Virus record (IMG/VR): IMGVR_UViG_3300028920_000023
DNA from: a virus
Lineage: Duplodnaviria; Caudoviricetes
DNA length: 64,000 bases
Reading direction: 5' to 3' (one strand)
The notes beneath the pieces are model-generated. The model saw only the letters and a list, made by a program, of their open reading frames with translations. It was not told the origin of the DNA and searched no databases. The translations under genes and the position numbers were made by a program. Every line of letters starts with the position of its first letter. Positions within the stretch are counted from its first letter, which is position 1. This document shows positions 59,801 to 64,000 of the stretch, piece by piece.

Positions 59801-61127
59801 GGTTATCATAGACGAATTTGATGTTCTTATCTAGGAAGGCTTTGGCGTCTCTGTCTCTTTTTGAGACGATTAAGATGGTTTTATGGGAGAAGAACATTCC
59901 ATTCCATAGGGCATATGCCCCGGATAATGTGCTTATGCCGCAATTATGAACAACGGCTCCATCTACGATATAATTATGAGTTTCTGGAATCGTAAGATCA
60001 TAAACTTCACTTTCTGTATCTACTGGTTTAACAGATTTAATCTGACCCTTAATTCTATTAAATATAAATCCTTTTGTGATTTCTTTTCTTGGTTTTTTGC
60101 CAAATATTCCTATATATTTTGTAAATAATTCAAAATCTCTACCACCTATAATCCTTAATTTAGATATGGTTCCCTTACCAGGATAAATTTTAGAATTTAT
60201 CCCGAATCTACTAAGAAGTTGTTTTAATTGATATAATATTATAACAGATTCCTGAGCTATTCCAGCTTCATTACAATCCTTACCGCTATACCACCCATCT
60301 CCAGAGAACATCCTGTTTATCAAAGTAGCTACTGAGTCATTGTTCCAAGAAAAAACTTCTGCTGGTATTCGTTTTTGCTTGCCTGTTTGTTTGTCTATTC
60401 CAAGAGAACGCAACCATTTTCTAGCTTCAGAATGATTTGTCTGCATCCTATAATTATTGCTATCTGGAGCAAACGAACTAGAATGTGGCCTGATCTTCAG
60501 ACGAACACCAAATTTTAATTCAAAATGCTTCTGGAATTCCAAAAGATATTTCCATCTCTTATTTGTAAAATTAATCCATCTACCATAACATCCGTCCGTG
60601 ATCAAATACCCCAACAAAATGGCATCGGACGTCATCCGGTTATTATAACAGCAGATGTCCGATACCTCTACAAGTACATCGTTTAAAGACAGATCAATTG
60701 CTTTTACCCAACCTTTGCTTGTTAAGAATTGATGATCGCCCGTACATATCGACCTATGGCCAGTTTTAGTCCTAACTTCGTAAAGATTCGTAGAAATTCC
60801 ATTATTATGAACATCAGATACTTTCTGCACATCGAGACGGTTGTCTTTGAGAGTATATACGATATCACCCTTCCTAATTTCTTCGATAGGACAAGGTCCG
60901 TTTGGCGTCCATACCATACTCCCTTTCACGAAGCACTGCCTCGTTTTTCTGTAAACGTTAAATCTGTATTTTTTGAAATCTTCTAAGCTCTTCTTTTGGT
61001 AATCAAATAATCCAAATGGTAAAATACCAGCAACCGGGTGTTTGATCTTACAAAAATTCTCTATAAAATACATTGGGCTTCTCTGGCAACGCCGGAGAAG
61101 ATCGGACATCAACTTTTTTCTATTCAT
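56823..61127 (-). CDS. terminase large subunit with two inteins
   Basis: FDYQ, KTRQ|CGIST (Walker A), IIDEAGF (Walker B), VISTCNG, MGVDISSG..D, VPERTG. Confidence 0.95.
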   Translation of the reverse strand: MNRKKLMSDLLRRCQRSPMYFIENFCKIKHPVAGILPFGLFDYQKKSLEDFKKYRFNVYRKTRQCFVKGSMVWTPNGPCPIEEIRKGDIVYTLKDNRLDVQKVSDVHNNGISTNLYEVRTKTGHRSICTGDHQFLTSKGWVKAIDLSLNDVLVEVSDICCYNNRMTSDAILLGYLITDGCYGRWINFTNKRWKYLLEFQKHFELKFGVRLKIRPHSSSFAPDSNNYRMQTNHSEARKWLRSLGIDKQTGKQKRIPAEVFSWNNDSVATLINRMFSGDGWYSGKDCNEAGIAQESVIILYQLKQLLSRFGINSKIYPGKGTISKLRIIGGRDFELFTKYIGIFGKKPRKEITKGFIFNRIKGQIKSVKPVDTESEVYDLTIPETHNYIVDGAVVHNCGISTLSGAYALWNGMFFSHKTILIVSKRDRDAKAFLDKNIKFVYDNLPKEFHQIYGDPPPTYNEHEIVFPNGSQISSLTSSKETLRSNSSSLNIIDEAGFMPHMDEMWAAGWPCVSDDSIISTNDGLIEIKEMLNDNTGIGEFGNLDIDLPTDSGDKQCSAIFNSGYTNTLHIETELGYEFEATPHHKLRIFNEQGEYVWKELRELKQDDYVCLLPNTCRGKPHVFVEPECDLINLGNLKNRDHTEVICHKCYKKFVLKVITLRKSKKEKYICPSCVHHKPQKLPDIMTVDLAEIIGYYIGDGSSSVSRPKRIKPHCCPTDKQLHEKLIIKLKNIGLNPKTEYACHTVDIKVYNAPFVDWMFRHGLIKEDVYHARIPKAILSSGPEIICAFLRGYFEADGSSSNKRITCSSVSKVLIDQVRSSLFSLGIITRTSEGRGGFTNSKKSYRLSTIDRRNYIRFINEIGFISDRKNVILDAPKQEHGLSIRHKAVEEFCRKSNKKSITRYYQRNNRIPYNRAIDLLCDDNKDTALGRILSNGLVPMKVKSIRESKAKTLDLSVPENNTYIANGFISHNTLQHGGSVIVISTCNGVGNWYEVTWSDAEKKRNDFNPIIVNWWDMDWSIEFEDQKTGQKRRICPTDGIRKCRTKEEKEKWGPYYSPWLEEQYRQLQQRGEAHLFRQEILAEFIGTGNTVLSRNQLLYLVDDLDNNGGRKYFVVGKVPYIHPTTSEELELDFDGKLKIWKRPIKPQPDLIEQGKIIRPGAPGHTYSMGVDISSGEDNDLSAIVVIDCNDCEQVAELNMQVQPYFLMCMMDYLARYFNNAFVVPERTGLGIPVCQQFYNNFGYSNVYHMKTAKGQRTAKVGFPTSPAHKPTLVKAILDNIGVEDGVRVYSAELVDQLHIFIHLGGNKIGHVPGPGNHSDIVMALGMSLVGLPEAVISDHASLIPVHNVPSLNNDVIDPPDAARQIGQLNDSGGIHALAPVILCPELSEHKTPEQEFNEYIMTLGGLPANSKLVDPRFMITQKIKTIRLDNGGPIMR
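58218..59600 (-). mobile_element. intein, 461 aa, LAGLIDADG plus Zn-ribbon insert
   Basis: AGWP|CVSDD...YYIGDG...YFEADG...FISHN|TLQH. Confidence 0.9.
59943..60935 (-). mobile_element. intein, 331 aa, LAGLIDADG, inside Walker A
   Basis: KTRQ|CFVKG...YLITDG...MFSGDG...VVHN|CGIST. Confidence 0.9.
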
Positions 61128-61701
61128 CTTGTTTCTTCGGTTGCGATAGAAGCGCCACTAAATCAAGATCACCAGTAATATGCTCACCCCCCTGTACATT
61201 AACAATCACATCGTTGTTCTTTACAGAAGCCATCAACTTCGCAACCGAGTCCAATGCCCTACTAGCATTAGAATTAATATCAGACTTAACCTGCAATGCC
61301 TTAATATAATTATCAAGTAAAGGAGTCAACCCTTTTTGATCAGAATTCTGTAACTTAGCATTCAATGCACTCTTAATAGTCTGTATAGCCTCTTCCACCT
61401 GGTCTCTATCACTTCTCTGATTATTGATTATCTCGTCTACAGACACGGAGAATTTAGTTAACATCTCTGCCACACCCTGAGAGAATTCTGATTTCTCTGG
61501 TGAAGCATCAATATCTAAAGGAGCTGGAAGCGGCTCGAAGTATGGATCTACTAATTCAGGTTCAGCTACCTGATGCTGTAGCGGCGGTGCTTCTGGTGGT
61601 GGATCTGGACATTCTTCTATTTCTTCTAGTATATCTTGCAATTCATCTGGACTGATACTTCCTTCTTCGAAATCGTCTGGATGCGATTCTTCAGACATCA
61701 C
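61120..61701 (-). CDS. hypothetical protein, candidate terminase small subunit
   Basis: Directly upstream of and overlapping TerL; helical; assignment is positional only. Confidence 0.5.
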   Translation of the reverse strand: MMSEESHPDDFEEGSISPDELQDILEEIEECPDPPPEAPPLQHQVAEPELVDPYFEPLPAPLDIDASPEKSEFSQGVAEMLTKFSVSVDEIINNQRSDRDQVEEAIQTIKSALNAKLQNSDQKGLTPLLDNYIKALQVKSDINSNASRALDSVAKLMASVKNNDVIVNVQGGEHITGDLDLVALLSQPKKQDE

Positions 61702-62272
61702 AAGCTTCTCTGAACTTATGTAGGGTATCTAAATCAAATCTGCATGGTCTTCTATTTCTTGAGACCAGCCACCCTCTATTTATATCCCAGATTGTCTTAT
61801 CTGCTCTGTGGCCACTGCCGTTTTCATAAGATTCTCCTATATCCCTCCATCCGCCCATATTTAGGGCTATGATTCTATTGACAAATTTTTTGAGCGTTTC
61901 TGTGTGTTTGAATCCAGATAAAGATTCTCTGATTTGTGATATGGTCTTGGTGTGGTTGTCACACAGAAATAATATTGCTTCTCTAAGGTTGTCCGCTACG
62001 TCTCGCTGTATTCTGTGTCCGCTTCTGGTTGGGTCTGTATCTGCTGATTTCTTGGGTACTATTCTTGATTTCATATTAATTGTCTTTGGTCTTGCGTTCT
62101 TCATTCTTGTTTTTCTATACATTTTTTCTCTGGCCGATTTTGGTGTACTTTCTGAGAGGGCCTTGTCGATTTGTTTCATGTTATCGTCCAGTTCTTGTCC
62201 TGAGGCCGAGATATAAGACCATAATATATCTTTTAGTAGTTTCTTTTGATCAGTACTCAGGGTCTTGCTCAT
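61691..62272 (-). CDS. hypothetical basic protein
   Basis: 193 aa; overlapping operon. Confidence 0.6.
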   Translation of the reverse strand: MSKTLSTDQKKLLKDILWSYISASGQELDDNMKQIDKALSESTPKSAREKMYRKTRMKNARPKTINMKSRIVPKKSADTDPTRSGHRIQRDVADNLREAILFLCDNHTKTISQIRESLSGFKHTETLKKFVNRIIALNMGGWRDIGESYENGSGHRADKTIWDINRGWLVSRNRRPCRFDLDTLHKFREACDV

Positions 62273-63197
62273 TGTCGTCTGACTTCCTTTTGAACATTTG
62301 ATCTTCTTCGTTCATTGGGGAATCAGTAAATTCCTCTGACCTAAGACGTATAAATTTTAGGAAGTTTGTAATGGTTTGACGACTCAGATCAGTTTCATCA
62401 ACCAGTTTCCCTATCATGCCATCATGTGCGCGGTCGTCTTTGTCATAGAGCTCCTCTAGAGCTTCTATGATCCTGTTATATTCCTGGTTATATTTGCAGA
62501 TTTGTTTGGCTTCATTTAAGAAACGCTCAAGTGCAAAGCTTTTGTTTTGTGCTTTATTCTCTAGGTGATTTTGTAGAAGAGGACTGTTTTTCTTATCTCT
62601 GTTCTCTTTCTTAATATGGGCCAGAATCACGGTTCGACCTATCTGCGACCACAGGTTGAATATCTTGGAGGTGCCTCTATAATAAATATTACACTCAACA
62701 ACTTCCTCATCATCACGATCATCATCAAAACCCAACCAAAGCGATTCTATATTACCACGCGTGAACTTATTACCACACTTTTTGCACCTCTTAAAACGCT
62801 TAACAACATCATCAATAAATACAAACTCATCAGCAATCAAAGAATCATTTGGCCTCTGAGTATTATAACATAATTTACAGTGTGGCCTAGCCTCATACTT
62901 GTATAAAGCACTCTCTATCTGCACCCATGCAACCTGATAGAGATCATTAATAGACGCATCATCCTTACCTGGGCATATCTGCCCCAAATTATGCGCTTTG
63001 ATTAAGTTGTCGATGAGATCACCAGCTGAGACCATAATCTGGTCTCTCAAATCCACATCCGTGCAGCTTGTCTCATGATATCTGTATAATAACCTCTCTA
63101 CCTTCTCATTATCAAAATAATAATTAGATTTATATATTTCGTGTCTGTGGCTATTTTTTCGGGATTTTGTACCTGGACTTGATGAACTTTTTGCCAT
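62250..63197 (-). CDS. gp55-like late sigma factor with Zn-binding insertion
   Basis: YFDNEKV..., DLYQVAW..ALYKY and KIFNLWSQIGRTVILAHIKKENR parallel gp55 regions; CKLC/CKKC insert. Confidence 0.65.
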   Translation of the reverse strand: MAKSSSSPGTKSRKNSHRHEIYKSNYYFDNEKVERLLYRYHETSCTDVDLRDQIMVSAGDLIDNLIKAHNLGQICPGKDDASINDLYQVAWVQIESALYKYEARPHCKLCYNTQRPNDSLIADEFVFIDDVVKRFKRCKKCGNKFTRGNIESLWLGFDDDRDDEEVVECNIYYRGTSKIFNLWSQIGRTVILAHIKKENRDKKNSPLLQNHLENKAQNKSFALERFLNEAKQICKYNQEYNRIIEALEELYDKDDRAHDGMIGKLVDETDLSRQTITNFLKFIRLRSEEFTDSPMNEEDQMFKRKSDDNEQDPEY

Positions 63198-64000
63198 CTA
63201 TTTCTGCCTTAGATGTGATAACTTTTGTTGGGTAACCCATCTCGACCACAGTCTTAAGGTTTTCCCTAGAATGCTTATATAAATATTTATTTGTGAGATG
63301 AAAGAATCCAAATACCCTTGCCCAACCTCGTTTGTTCCTACGAACCGACCTACCGACCTTCTGGTCAAACTGAGACCATTGCCCACCACCCCCAATAATA
63401 ACCAAATTCTCCACACCACACTTCAAATCAAAACCACGACCAACAATCTTACTACCAATCAAACACTTCAAATCTCTACGCTCAAACGCCTCAACACACT
63501 CTCGGCGATACTTCTTAGAAGATTTACCATATATAAACACAGAACCAGGAATATGCTCCTGTAGACCAAAACCAAGAGGCTCAATAGGAGAAGTATCAAT
63601 CAAAATAAGCGTACCTTCCTCTCCAAACTGCAGAGGAATAGTAGCAACCAAAGAATGAAAATCATCATTATCAACAATATCTTCCTTCAAAGCAATATCA
63701 TAAGCACGACCATCACGCCTATCCCCATCCTCGATAGCAATGAAAAACATCCTAATAGGAATAATCCGCCCAGCCGCCTGAACCTCCTCCCTACTCGTCT
63801 CCGAAATAATACTACCCATATGCTCCTTCAAAATCAAATTCTTAACAGGCTTAGAACGCTCATAAGGAGTTGCACTAAAACCAAACTTTCTACGCCCCTT
63901 AAAATACCTCTTAAACAACTTAGCATACTGCTTAGTCGTAGCCAAATCCACCTCATCGACCAATAACAAATCACATTTCGATACCATCCCCTGTATTTCT
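63151..64000 (-). CDS. SF2 helicase, UvsW-like (5' part beyond window)
   Basis: LVDEVD, FGFSATP, GRGFD, QKVGRSVR; frame open to the window edge. Confidence 0.88.
   Translation of the reverse strand, partial: EIQGMVSKCDLLLVDEVDLATTKQYAKLFKRYFKGRRKFGFSATPYERSKPVKNLILKEHMGSIISETSREEVQAAGRIIPIRMFFIAIEDGDRRDGRAYDIALKEDIVDNDDFHSLVATIPLQFGEEGTLILIDTSPIEPLGFGLQEHIPGSVFIYGKSSKKYRRECVEAFERRDLKCLIGSKIVGRGFDLKCGVENLVIIGGGGQWSQFDQKVGRSVRRNKRGWARVFGFFHLTNKYLYKHSRENLKTVVEMGYPTKVITSKAEIDGKKFIKSRYKIPKK

Noticed and set aside
1-64000. Stop-codon recoding (TAG/TGA) as in some large phages
   Set aside because: Conserved genes are intact under code 11, and TAG ends genes cleanly (the vWA TAG is followed immediately by the next ATG).
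1-64000. Retron, diversity-generating retroelement or group II intron explanation for the ncRNAs
   Set aside because: No reverse transcriptase motif (YxDD) and no TR/VR-like repeat pair was seen in this window.

Overview
Part of a large, T4-superfamily-like tailed phage genome. Most genes are on the minus strand and the standard code is used (TAG works as a stop). The right end holds the head and packaging module: a partial UvsW-like helicase, a gp55-like sigma factor, the large terminase, portal, an acidic core protein, prohead protease, scaffold and major capsid protein. Five inteins interrupt this module. Several DNA-modification or nucleotide enzymes (two amino-MTases, a Mom-like acetyltransferase, a dUTPase) carry N-terminal nuclease-type domains. 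An 11-kb cluster (14.6-25.9 kb) encodes ADP-heptose and sugar-modification enzymes. There are two canonical tRNAs, an RNA ligase-like gene and many small hypothetical genes. The standout is a sigma70-driven operon (10.6 to 5.4 kb) in which a divergent TROVE/Ro60-like vWA gene and an ARPP-type gene are flanked by three ncRNAs. These share one bulged terminal stem but carry tRNA modules in two topologies: two normal cloverleaves with broken acceptor stems and one circularly permuted cloverleaf. This looks like a Y-RNA-like system. The window also shows a kb-scale mosaic of A+C versus G+T strand skew that ignores gene boundaries. All family assignments come from motif recognition by eye; no database searches were run.
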